Below are positions 1 to 8,103 of a DNA stretch of 28,988 bases, piece after piece. Numbering within the stretch: position 1 is the stretch's first letter; the number at the start of each line of letters is the position of its first letter. Source of the DNA: a virus; IMG/VR virus record IMGVR_UViG_3300037876_000116, positions 156,520 through 185,507 of that record; one strand, 5' to 3'. The translations under genes were made by a program, and so were the position numbers. The notes under the pieces are model-generated. The model ran no database searches and had not been told where the DNA came from. It was given only the letters and a program-made list of their open reading frames with translations.

Positions 1-2
1 GG

Positions 3-842
3 TTTAATGATAAGTTTTCTTCCAAAGACGAATATATTTCTCTTATAGAGCCTATGATAAAGAGCATGACCACGATTCTTAAAAGCAACGGGTCTTTCTT
101 TTACCATATCTCGGCAGCACAAATGCTTGCGGCTCATTATCTATGTGATAAATATTTTAAAAGAGTCCAGCCTATCTTTTGGAGAAGATCAAGGTCTAAA
201 AATAACATAAAGAACAAATTAGGTGCTTGTACTGACGTTATTTTTTGGTGTTCTAATGCAGACAAACCAAAATTTAACATGGTATACCAGCCTCTTGATT
301 CTTATTATCTTGAAAACTCTTACAAAAACAGTGACTCAAGAGGGTTCTACGCACTGGGTCATTTAGTGTACACTAAGACTCAAAGCACCAAAAATACAAA
401 AAGATTATACAGCGTAGAACACGATGGAAGAATATATGCACCGTCTTCGGGTTGGCGTTTGAGCAAGAAAGACTTACTTTCTCTTATAGATGACGATAGG
501 GTACATTTTCCGTCTAAGCTAAAAGCCAACCCGTACAAGAAATTATACAAGCATGAATCCCCAGGCAAGCCATGTACAGATAACTGGGATGATATACACT
601 CTATCGCTCAGGGATCTCAAGCTCGCCTGTACCCTACACAAAAACCCACGTCTCTCCTAGAAAGGATTATAAAAATGTCTACTGATGAAGGAGATATTGT
701 TTTAGACCCAGTGGCTGGAGGTGGAACCACGGGGGTTGTTGCTAGCGAGCTAAACAGAAAGTTTATCTTATTTGATAAGAATGAAGAAGCTGTAGAAATT
801 TGTAAAAACAGACTCAAGGGAGTATCTTATGTATCAGATTGA
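3..842 (+). CDS. DNA methyltransferase, N6A/N4C beta class (5'-truncated by window edge)
   Basis: Frame open from position 3 (FNDKFSSKDEYISLIEPM...). C-terminal YPTQKP..LLERII and motif I DIVLDPVAGGGTT are present; the catalytic DPPY motif would lie upstream of the window. Confidence 0.9.
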   Translation, partial: FNDKFSSKDEYISLIEPMIKSMTTILKSNGSFFYHISAAQMLAAHYLCDKYFKRVQPIFWRRSRSKNNIKNKLGACTDVIFWCSNADKPKFNMVYQPLDSYYLENSYKNSDSRGFYALGHLVYTKTQSTKNTKRLYSVEHDGRIYAPSSGWRLSKKDLLSLIDDDRVHFPSKLKANPYKKLYKHESPGKPCTDNWDDIHSIAQGSQARLYPTQKPTSLLERIIKMSTDEGDIVLDPVAGGGTTGVVASELNRKFILFDKNEEAVEICKNRLKGVSYVSD

Positions 843-1596
843 TGGTTCAAGTCATAAAACTGGAATTAAGAATGAAGAACGAATTGCTGGAATTTTAAAA
901 ACAAATCCAAAACCTCTTCTCGGAGACATCACTTTACCTTATAAAGTGGTCCTTAAAGGAGGAACAAAATTTAAAGAAGATATTGTAATTGAAAGCGATA
1001 CCCATTCAATTCCGATATCAATTAAACTAAAAAAGGATTTAACGAAGGGCTCTTTTGATTATGTTAACACCACAACTCCCGTAGCTAAATACGACTGCTT
1101 TAAGCCAATTAAAGATGTCGTCGAAAAGTTCAAGAGTTCAGGTTTAGGTAAAGAGGTAGCAAGGTCGGCTCTCAATAGAGCAGCTTACACTATCCTCAAA
1201 GACATGAACTCCGCCGTCCTAAAAGAAATCTTGCTTGAGCATGTTGACGATAAAAATAAAAAAATGCTTTTCATTGTGACTAATCAAGCAGATAGGCAGA
1301 TTTACGCATATGAGTACAAAGAAACAGACCTGCACGATGCTATTAACAATTGCACGCCTTTTTTGGAGTTTACAAGAGCAGGAGAAACATCTTCAGCTAA
1401 GATTGTTTTTGAAAATAAAAAAGGTGAAATGCTGAATTTAGGGCTGCGCCTGAGAGTCGTCACAAACAATGGAGTTGGAAAACTAGTGAGCCCGAAAGGC
1501 AACTCGTCTCCGGTGGTAAAGATCCAGCAAGACAGAACAGATAAAGTTATTGAGAGGCTGAAAGACCGAGGGATAGTAAGACAAATGACATATTAA
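829..1596 (+). CDS. Putative type II restriction endonuclease (PD-(D/E)xK-like)
   Basis: Overlaps the MTase stop. Contains E..(KGG)..KED...ISIK motif of PD-(D/E)xK type; basic 255 aa protein. Confidence 0.55.
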   Translation: MYQIDGSSHKTGIKNEERIAGILKTNPKPLLGDITLPYKVVLKGGTKFKEDIVIESDTHSIPISIKLKKDLTKGSFDYVNTTTPVAKYDCFKPIKDVVEKFKSSGLGKEVARSALNRAAYTILKDMNSAVLKEILLEHVDDKNKKMLFIVTNQADRQIYAYEYKETDLHDAINNCTPFLEFTRAGETSSAKIVFENKKGEMLNLGLRLRVVTNNGVGKLVSPKGNSSPVVKIQQDRTDKVIERLKDRGIVRQMTY

Positions 1597-1605
1597 TATT
1601 ATTTT

Positions 1606-1637
1606 GCGCCCGTAGCTCAGTAGGATAGAGCAACTGC
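1606..1637 (+). pseudogene. 5' fragment of disrupted tRNA-Arg (acceptor 5' strand, D-arm, anticodon 5' strand)
   Basis: GCGCCCG TA GCTC AGTAGGATA GAGC A ACTGC is a canonical bacterial tRNA-Arg 5' half; it ends at the HNH stop codon. Confidence 0.85.
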
Positions 1638-1988
1638 TTAACAGTGGTGTCTCATCCTATGGCAGTTCGCGCACAGCAGCGCACATTTATCCAGTTCTTT
1701 AAAAAGTTTTTTATCACTTACTAGGCGCATCTTGTTCCAACTGAATTCTTTTTGCGAAGGGTCCAGGTGGTGGAAATCAAAAACAGGGTCAGGGTAAGTT
1801 GATTTGCAATCTTCACACTTGCCTCCTTTGTATTCAACAGCCATTGTTTTGCGCTTCTGCCATCGTTTGACACAGTATTTATTGAAGCAATCTTTACACT
1901 TAGCATAGCTCCTACCGCTCTTTGTGTCATTTTTGCGATAAAACTGAGACTCGTCTAGATTATTTTTACATTCTGAGCAAGCTCTCAT
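1638..1988 (-). CDS. HNH homing endonuclease with N-terminal zinc ribbon
   Basis: CxxC...CxxC N-terminus, CEDC, DFHHLDP and LLCANCHRMRH HNH motif; RBS AAGGAAA upstream on - strand. Confidence 0.9.
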   Translation of the reverse strand: MRACSECKNNLDESQFYRKNDTKSGRSYAKCKDCFNKYCVKRWQKRKTMAVEYKGGKCEDCKSTYPDPVFDFHHLDPSQKEFSWNKMRLVSDKKLFKELDKCALLCANCHRMRHHC

Positions 1989-2016
1989 TTGTATTTTCCT
2001 TTTTAGTGCTTATAGT
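1989..2016 (+). promoter_or_regulatory. Promoter for inserted tRNA-Arg
   Basis: TTGTAT-N16-TATAGT ending 8 nt before the tRNA; same 16-nt spacing as the repeated phage promoter. Confidence 0.5.
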
Positions 2017-2024
2017 AACAATAT

Positions 2025-2100
2025 GGGTCCATGGTGAAACCGGATATCACAGTAGACTTCTAATCTTCCGTTCCAGGTTCGAGTCCTGGTGGACCTACCA
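2025..2100 (+). tRNA. tRNA-Arg(UCU), intact, CCA-encoded
   Basis: GGGTCCA/TGGACCT acceptor, GTGA/TCAC D-stem with GGATA loop, anticodon loop CTTCTAA, CCAGG-TTCGAGT-CCTGG T-arm, A-CCA end. Confidence 0.95.
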
Positions 2101-2141
2101 ATAACTAGTTGGATAGAATAAAAAATACTATCCAAAATGCC

Positions 2142-2162
2142 CGAATCCTGTCGGGCGTGCCA
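2142..2162 (+). pseudogene. 3' fragment of disrupted tRNA-Arg (T-loop 3' part, acceptor 3' strand, CCA)
   Basis: CGAATCCTGTCGGGCGT-G-CCA; CGGGCGT pairs with GCGCCCG at 1606-1612. Confidence 0.85.
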
Positions 2163-2177
2163 AACATAAATTAGATA

Positions 2178-2185
2178 CTACTTAT
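2178..2185 (+). promoter_or_regulatory. Putative late promoter CTACTTAT
   Basis: Lies 4 nt before the ATG at 2190 with no SD; the same octamer occurs at 23474 (+) and 21345-21352 (-) just before start codons. Confidence 0.45.
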
Positions 2186-2189
2186 ATAG

Positions 2190-3098
2190 ATGAAACTATT
2201 ACTTGAAAACTGGCGTAAAAACGTCCTAGAAGCTGGCAAGATACGCCGAATAAAATCTAACATTCTTGCTGAAGTTACAGAAGAAGAGTTGCGTAACTTC
2301 CCTCTTTCGACTGAAGAACTTGCTAGGATCAAACAATGGGCTGCCTTAACTGGCGATCCATTGTTTCTTGGTTCAGGGACAATGGGCTCTGCTTTTCAGT
2401 TTGGTGATGAAGTTTTAAAAGTCACCAAAGACTACGCAGAAGCCTCTGCTGCCCAGTCCATCGCAGGACAAGCGCACCCTAATGTCTACAAGGTAAAGAA
2501 GGTTGGTCGCCGCTTTGCACAAGGTCAAGAGCCTCCTGCGGAAATGCCAGAACACCCTTTCTTGATTGTATATGATTTGGTTGGTGAAGAGGTTGGAGGT
2601 TCAGACTTGCCTAACCCAAAGCAACAAGAGATCATCAAGACTATTCATGCAAGACCGGATGAAATATACTACAACTGGACTGGGAACTTTGACGACATAA
2701 GAAAGAAGTTTGCTTCTTGGGTTAAAGCCAACGGTCCAAGAGTTGAAGAAAGCCCAACATCAAGGTTCCAAAACCACGAACCAAAACTTCGTCAGTTAAT
2801 GACCGAAGCAGGGCTCAACCAAGCAGAGCAAGATATTTTAGCCAAGGCTTGGGCTACTGGTATAGGAGTTTATTCAGCAGATAATATAAACACAAGTGAG
2901 GGAGTTATCAACGCCTTGTTTTCTCCCATGCTTGGATATGTAAACGACATTGCCAGCGGCTTAACCTTCTTGGAGCAGAACGGTATACATTTTAGAGATT
3001 TAAAAACAACTAACGTTATGAATGATAAAGACAAACTAGTTATCATAGACATTGGCAAGTCAGATGTTAAGCAGCGCCAGTCGATCGAGAAGATATAG
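2190..3098 (+). CDS. Hanks-type Ser/Thr protein kinase with MKLLLENWR N-terminal tag
   Basis: LGSGTMG glycine loop, VLKVT lysine, HPNV, HFRDLKTTNVM catalytic loop, IIDIG (DFG-like). Confidence 0.85.
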   Translation: MKLLLENWRKNVLEAGKIRRIKSNILAEVTEEELRNFPLSTEELARIKQWAALTGDPLFLGSGTMGSAFQFGDEVLKVTKDYAEASAAQSIAGQAHPNVYKVKKVGRRFAQGQEPPAEMPEHPFLIVYDLVGEEVGGSDLPNPKQQEIIKTIHARPDEIYYNWTGNFDDIRKKFASWVKANGPRVEESPTSRFQNHEPKLRQLMTEAGLNQAEQDILAKAWATGIGVYSADNINTSEGVINALFSPMLGYVNDIASGLTFLEQNGIHFRDLKTTNVMNDKDKLVIIDIGKSDVKQRQSIEKI

Positions 3099-3470
3099 AT
3101 GAAACTCCTACTTGAAAACTGGCGAAAGTATATGAACGAGGAAGAGGAGCCCCATCCCTCCGAATATATTAATTTTATGAGGGGCGACTGCTCGTTGCTC
3201 GCCCAAGCCATTAGTGACATTTCTCATTTTCCCATGTACGGCATCGTTGATGAACGAGGAGATATGCATCATGTTTTTGTTTATGATACTCAAACAGAAG
3301 AAGCGATTGACTGCCGTGGTAGGATGCCATTGGAAAACCTGCTTGATAATATAAGTGGTGAAAGAAACACCTATCGTGAAACATCTCCAGAAGAAGTAAA
3401 AAAGATATTTGGTACATACAGCGATGAGGAATATGAGTATGCAGAAGAAAAGGCACAAGAATTAATATGA
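3099..3470 (+). CDS. Small Cys-His-Asp (papain/transglutaminase-like) protein with MKLLLENWR tag
   Basis: GDCSLLAQAI ... HHVFV ... AIDCRG triad arrangement. Confidence 0.55.
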   Translation: MKLLLENWRKYMNEEEEPHPSEYINFMRGDCSLLAQAISDISHFPMYGIVDERGDMHHVFVYDTQTEEAIDCRGRMPLENLLDNISGERNTYRETSPEEVKKIFGTYSDEEYEYAEEKAQELI

Positions 3471-4183
3471 AGCTCCTACTTGAAAATTGGCGTCAATACC
3501 TCACGGAAGAAGATGGTTCGTGTGAGAATAATCTTGTCGTCTTCATGGCTGGCGGTCCAGGTTCAGGCAAGTCCTCGGTCATTAGCGGACTAGGATTAGA
3601 CAATTTTGTAGTTCTTAACCCTGACGATGACTTTGAAAGCGAGCTTGCTTCGCTGGGTATCAGTGCAAACATGCAGGGAATGTCCACCAGGCGTAAAGAA
3701 CTTAAAGCACAGCTTGAAGTTGAACCTAATCCCGAAGCACAAGCTGAAGTAGACAAGATTACAGCAGATTTCTCCGCTGCTATGAAAGCATTCAGCAGTG
3801 CTAACAGAAAGCACGAGGATGAAGTTGAAAGATTGATCAACAGTGAAGAGTGTAACAGCTTCGTTGTGGATGGAACCGGCGCTACATTCAGCCGACTGGA
3901 AAACAGAGTAGAACGATTAAGAGAGAAAGGATACAAGGTTGCTATGGTCTTTGTTGATGTAGACCCAGCCGCAGCCGAAGAAAGAAACCTTGCTCGTTCA
4001 TCCACAGGTGGCAGGTCTTTGCCCACCAAAGTAATAGCAAAGACACACGACAAAGTACAAGCCAACAAGGCGGCGTATGCCAAGATGTTCGGTGATAACT
4101 TTATTTCTGTAGATAACAGCGGTTCAGAGGAACAACTAAAAGGCGCTATGAAATCAGCTATTTCCATGCTTTCTCGAATTTAA
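3467..4183 (+). CDS. Zeta-toxin/AAA_33-like P-loop kinase with MKLLLENWR tag
   Basis: VFMAGGPGSGKS Walker A, NPDD, VVDGTG, ERNLAR..GGRSLP lid. Confidence 0.8.
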   Translation: MKLLLENWRQYLTEEDGSCENNLVVFMAGGPGSGKSSVISGLGLDNFVVLNPDDDFESELASLGISANMQGMSTRRKELKAQLEVEPNPEAQAEVDKITADFSAAMKAFSSANRKHEDEVERLINSEECNSFVVDGTGATFSRLENRVERLREKGYKVAMVFVDVDPAAAEERNLARSSTGGRSLPTKVIAKTHDKVQANKAAYAKMFGDNFISVDNSGSEEQLKGAMKSAISMLSRI

Positions 4184-4195
4184 TAAAGAAATAAG

Positions 4196-4223
4196 TTGAA
4201 AATAGGGTTCCCGCGCTTATAGT
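4196..4223 (+). promoter_or_regulatory. Repeated phage promoter copy 1
   Basis: TTGAAA-atagggttcccgcgct-TATAGT. Confidence 0.8.
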
Positions 4224-4267
4224 TATTGTATAAGACACTTTATTAACCTACAACGGAAGGAAACAAA

Positions 4268-5326
4268 ATGTCTGTAGATTTCAAAACATTCCTAAACATC
4301 GTCCCTCATGTCGTAGACATCAAGAAGCCAGTGCTTCTTCGCGGTCGTCACGGCATTGGCAAGAGCGAGATTGTTTATCAGTTTGCTGAAGCCAAAGGTC
4401 TTCCCGTTGTGGAACGCCGCGCTTCTCAAATGACTGAGGGCGACCTGCTGGGTCTTCCTTCTGTTGAAGGTCAAGTAACTACTTGGTGTGCCCCTGATTG
4501 GCTTCACAGAGCTTGTAATGAGCCTGTCCTGCTCTTCCTCGATGAGGTAGACCGAGCCATCTCTGAGGTGCGACAAGGCATCTTCGAGCTTACGGACTCT
4601 CGTAAGATCTCAGGCAACGTCCTTCACCCTGATACTATCATCTTTGCTGCTGTTAATGGCGGCGAGCATGGCTCTCAGTATCAAGTTGGGGAGATGGACC
4701 CTGCGGAACTTGACCGCTGGACTGTCTTTGATGTGGAACCTACCGCTGAAGACTGGCTTACCTGGGCTCAGGGCAACGTTCATTCTATGGTTTGGGACTT
4801 CGTAAACCAGAATCGCTCTCACTTGGAGCATGGTGGAGAGTTCGAACCTAACAAGGTTTACCCATCCCGTCGCTCTTGGAAGCGTTTCAATGATTGTTTG
4901 GAGGCGTCAGGTTTGCTTGATGAGGAAGGTAACGACATCTTCCACCTTGCTTCTGCCTTCGTCGGCTTTGAAGCTGCTATTTCTTTCAATGACTTCGTAT
5001 CTAACTACGAAAAGAACGTCACGATTGAAATGGTCCTCGATGATGGTAACATTGAAGCCACAAAAGATTTTAATATTAACGACCACTGTGCTCTCATCGA
5101 TAAGATGGAAGCAGCAGGCACTTTCTCTACTGGTCTTTCAGACGGACAGGTTCAGCATCTTGCTGATTACTTCGTAACGCTCGGCTCCGAGCCTGCTATG
5201 AAGATCTGGACTGCTGTAGGCAAGGGCGAGCAGGACAATGTGATTAAACTTCACAAGTCTGTCGCGTCCAATGGCGACAAAGTAGCCACGCGCCTAGTCA
5301 CACTTCTAACCGGCGATAATCAATAG
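4268..5326 (+). CDS. MoxR-like AAA+ ATPase
   Basis: GRHGIGKS Walker A, LFLDEVDRA Walker B, AAVN sensor, MDPAELDRW, PSRRSW. Confidence 0.9.
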   Translation: MSVDFKTFLNIVPHVVDIKKPVLLRGRHGIGKSEIVYQFAEAKGLPVVERRASQMTEGDLLGLPSVEGQVTTWCAPDWLHRACNEPVLLFLDEVDRAISEVRQGIFELTDSRKISGNVLHPDTIIFAAVNGGEHGSQYQVGEMDPAELDRWTVFDVEPTAEDWLTWAQGNVHSMVWDFVNQNRSHLEHGGEFEPNKVYPSRRSWKRFNDCLEASGLLDEEGNDIFHLASAFVGFEAAISFNDFVSNYEKNVTIEMVLDDGNIEATKDFNINDHCALIDKMEAAGTFSTGLSDGQVQHLADYFVTLGSEPAMKIWTAVGKGEQDNVIKLHKSVASNGDKVATRLVTLLTGDNQ

Positions 5327-5338
5327 TCACTCGGAGTG

Positions 5339-5458
5339 CCAGAGGGGTTGACTTTATTACTATGATGGCGCTCAGTGTCTGCCATGAGCGCGTAAAAAAT
5401 TCAAAGCAGACTAGCAAGGTTGGCGCTGCGAAAACTCCAACCCCCCTCTGGTTTTTTT
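5339..5458 (+). ncRNA. Candidate structured RNA (pseudoknot enclosed by long stem followed by U-tract)
   Basis: Outer CCAGAGGGGTTG/CAACCCCCCTCTGG then T7; inner GCGCTCA/TGAGCGC stem whose loop GTCTGC pairs with GCAGAC (5406-5411). Confidence 0.6.
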
Positions 5459-5482
5459 AACTCTTCGTATAAGGAACAGTAG

Positions 5483-6178
5483 ATGTCTTATCATGGTTCA
5501 GTGAAATGTAGCTTCTGTGGACAAACTGGACACAACCGCCGCACTTGCCACTATTTAAAGAAGCAAGTAGAGGAGTGGAAAGCGAGCGATAATCCATTGG
5601 TTCAAAAACGTGCAACCCTTTTTGAAAAAGTAGCAAACAAACCGAGAAAATGCAGCTTTTGTAAGCAGCCCGGTCACACAGTGAGGAAATGCCCAGAAAT
5701 GACGGCTCATGTGCAGGAGGTGGCGGACTCTTGGATTGAAGCAAAAAGGTTTGTTAAAAAGAAGATGTTTGAGCACAACTTTGGCGTTGGGACTCTAGTA
5801 AGAATGAAGCGCCGAAGTTGGAACCAAACAGATTTAGATTATACAGTTTCCTACGAGTTGGCGCTAGTTAGTGAAATTAGTTACAGTCGCATCATTGATA
5901 AAGTCTTGACCACTAACTCTTATTTCAGGCAGATGACGCCAGTGAAATATATTTTTGTAAGTGGTCCAGCAGCAGGTGAATCCCTCTGGGCTCGCCTACC
6001 TCTTCCCATCGTGGACACAGGTTACAACGATGGCGATTACTATGGCAAAGTTGAGTATGAAAAGTCAGCACAGGATTATATTATCTTAAGCTCTACTCAG
6101 GCGTCGTTCCCCGACGAGCTTTTAGATTGGGATTTAATTTGGGATGAAGCGTATGCCCATGTAAAAGGTAAAAAATAA
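5483..6178 (+). CDS. Protein with two CCHC zinc knuckles
   Basis: CSFCGQTGHNRRTC and CSFCKQPGHTVRKC. Confidence 0.8.
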   Translation: MSYHGSVKCSFCGQTGHNRRTCHYLKKQVEEWKASDNPLVQKRATLFEKVANKPRKCSFCKQPGHTVRKCPEMTAHVQEVADSWIEAKRFVKKKMFEHNFGVGTLVRMKRRSWNQTDLDYTVSYELALVSEISYSRIIDKVLTTNSYFRQMTPVKYIFVSGPAAGESLWARLPLPIVDTGYNDGDYYGKVEYEKSAQDYIILSSTQASFPDELLDWDLIWDEAYAHVKGKK

Positions 6179-6179
6179 G

Positions 6180-6207
6180 TTGAAAAGGAACAATCCGCGC
6201 TTATAGT
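6180..6207 (+). promoter_or_regulatory. Repeated phage promoter copy 2
   Basis: TTGAAA-aggaacaatccgcgct-TATAGT. Confidence 0.8.
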
Positions 6208-6234
6208 TACTATGTAACAACTTGAGGTATTCTC

Positions 6235-7494
6235 ATGGAAGAGAAAAAGTTTAATCTAAACGACCACGTTCACAGGCTCTTAATCCAAGAGCCTTTTTTT
6301 GCTTCTCTGTCTCGTACTATCGAGAAGATCGAAAGCAAAGGCGTGCCTACTGCTGGCGTTCGTATCAATCCAGACACAGGATACTTCGAACTTTACTACA
6401 ATCCCGACTTCTTTGAGACGCTCGATGACAAACAGCGAAGTGGAGTGCTTGTTCATGAGTTCTACCACCTAATCTTTGAGCACGTCACAGGTCGCTTGCC
6501 TGACGAGCTTGAAAGCATTATGTCCACCAACGTTAAAATGAAGGACATTCCATCAGAACAGCGAGCCAAGCTAATGATTTGGAATATTGCGACTGACTTG
6601 TCTATCAACTGTCTTATTGGTGCCGACAGGTTACCAAAGCAGTGCGTCTTCCCAGGCTCCGGCAAGTTTGAGCATATGCCGCCGGAACAAACTGCTGAAT
6701 GGTATTACAAAGAACTACTCAATCAGGCAGAACAAGAAAAGCAGAACTCTGACGGTGAAGGGGAAAAGTCGCTTGAAGACTTTGTAAAAGATCTCATGGG
6801 AGATGAAGGACAGTTTGATGACCATGAGGGCTGGATCGCTGTTGATGAAACCGCTCAGTCCATCGCTAAAGAACGCCTACGTGAAACCCTGAAAGAAGCA
6901 GCGAAAGACGCTTCACGTTCTAACTCATGGGGCTCGGTCACATCATCAGTCCGTAAAGAGATTATGGACCGTGTAACAGCCAAGATTAACTGGCGTAGTG
7001 TCCTGCGTTACTTCGTAAAGACCTGCGTCCGCGCTGAGAGGCGGTCTACAGTGCGCCGTATCAACAAGCGATACCCTTACATCCATCCAGGCAAGAAAGT
7101 TACTAGAACGCCTCGCATAGCTGTATCTATTGACCAGTCAGGCTCAGTGTCTGACTCGATGCTAGCGGCGTTTTTTAGTGAGTTAAATGGGCTCTCTGAT
7201 ATCTGTACCTTCACCGTTATTCCCTTCGACACTGAAGTCGCCGAGGACAAGGTATTCGAATGGAAGAAAGGGCAAAAGAAAAAGTGGGAGCGTGTTCTCA
7301 TGGGCGGAACTGACTTTGACGCTCCTACCAAGTATGTAAACAAAGGCAAGTTTGACGGTCACATTGTCCTAACGGACATGTGTGCGCCAAAACCAGTCTC
7401 ATCCAAGTGTCAGCGCATGTGGATGACTGATAGCCACAATGCTCGCAACCCTTACTTTAAAACTCAGGAACGTGTTATTCCTATTGACCATTAA
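6235..7494 (+). CDS. DUF2201-type metallopeptidase (HExxH) + vWA domain protein, MoxR partner
   Basis: HEFYH, WNIATDLSIN, DDHEGW, MIDAS SIDQSGS, GGTDF, VLTD. Confidence 0.9.
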   Translation: MEEKKFNLNDHVHRLLIQEPFFASLSRTIEKIESKGVPTAGVRINPDTGYFELYYNPDFFETLDDKQRSGVLVHEFYHLIFEHVTGRLPDELESIMSTNVKMKDIPSEQRAKLMIWNIATDLSINCLIGADRLPKQCVFPGSGKFEHMPPEQTAEWYYKELLNQAEQEKQNSDGEGEKSLEDFVKDLMGDEGQFDDHEGWIAVDETAQSIAKERLRETLKEAAKDASRSNSWGSVTSSVRKEIMDRVTAKINWRSVLRYFVKTCVRAERRSTVRRINKRYPYIHPGKKVTRTPRIAVSIDQSGSVSDSMLAAFFSELNGLSDICTFTVIPFDTEVAEDKVFEWKKGQKKKWERVLMGGTDFDAPTKYVNKGKFDGHIVLTDMCAPKPVSSKCQRMWMTDSHNARNPYFKTQERVIPIDH

Positions 7495-7502
7495 GGAGAA
7501 CT

Positions 7503-7736
7503 ATGAAAAGTACCGTAACACGATTGGAAACTCTAAGAGCAATCGAGGATTGTTTAAACATGATAGAGAGGCTCGTAGAGAAAGCTGGACTGGCGTGGAC
7601 CTCTCAAGAGGACTGTTTAGATCAGTTATCAAGCGTAAAGTGTTCTATTCTGGATGAAATACATTCAGAGATTCAAGGCAAGGCTCATGACTGGCAAGTA
7701 GGTTATGGCGAAATCATTTTAACTGAGGAAGAATAA
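7503..7736 (+). CDS. Hypothetical protein
   Basis: AGGAG SD; coupled to next gene by TAATG. Confidence 0.7.
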   Translation: MKSTVTRLETLRAIEDCLNMIERLVEKAGLAWTSQEDCLDQLSSVKCSILDEIHSEIQGKAHDWQVGYGEIILTEEE

Positions 7737-7915
7737 TGAAAAAGTATTGTGTAGTGTGCGATGGAGTTGAGAGAGGCTTTGATTCTGAAGAAGAAGCTAT
7801 GGGGTGGGCAGTCGATTTGAACCAACCTTGGGAGCTTTTTGACGACCGCACAGGTTACTGTCTTGAAAGCTCAGAAGACATTGAAATCTTTGAAAAATTA
7901 GAACCTTTTTTCTAA
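7736..7915 (+). CDS. Small acidic hypothetical protein (59 aa, MKKYCVVCDG...)
   Basis: Below ORF-track cutoff; GAGG SD and TAATG overlap. Confidence 0.65.
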   Translation: MKKYCVVCDGVERGFDSEEEAMGWAVDLNQPWELFDDRTGYCLESSEDIEIFEKLEPFF

Positions 7916-7959
7916 ATTTCATTTTCACTACTAACTATTCAATGAAGGAGGTAGTCTTA

Positions 7960-8103
7960 ATGAATGAAAACATAACAGATTTATTAGATTACATGGAACA
8001 AACTGTCACCTATCTCGAAGATGATGGTGATGATTGGCTTGCTGGAATAGTTCAGCAGGCTTTTGATTTTGTTGAAGAACAACTGGAAACAGAGGAACTC
8101 TAG
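7960..8103 (+). CDS. Very acidic 47-aa protein (MNENITDLLDYMEQ...)
   Basis: Strong AAGGAGGT SD; stop abuts next ATG. Confidence 0.7.
   Translation: MNENITDLLDYMEQTVTYLEDDGDDWLAGIVQQAFDFVEEQLETEEL

Noticed and set aside
1922-2104. 60-aa + ORF
   Set aside because: Overlaps the HNH gene and the intact tRNA.
1638-2141. Group I intron or spliced intron in tRNA-Arg
   Set aside because: About 24 nt of the tRNA (anticodon loop to T-stem) are missing, the insert is filled by an antisense ORF and another tRNA, and no intron core motifs are visible.
3493-4167. 224-aa minus-strand ORF and other antisense ORFs (e.g. 15380-15901, 25676-26197)
   Set aside because: Shadow frames of well-supported + strand genes with no motifs.
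5368-5415. SAM-II riboswitch or pistol/twister ribozyme identity for the pseudoknot
   Set aside because: Topology is superficially similar but the conserved core nucleotides are not evident; left unassigned pending cmscan.
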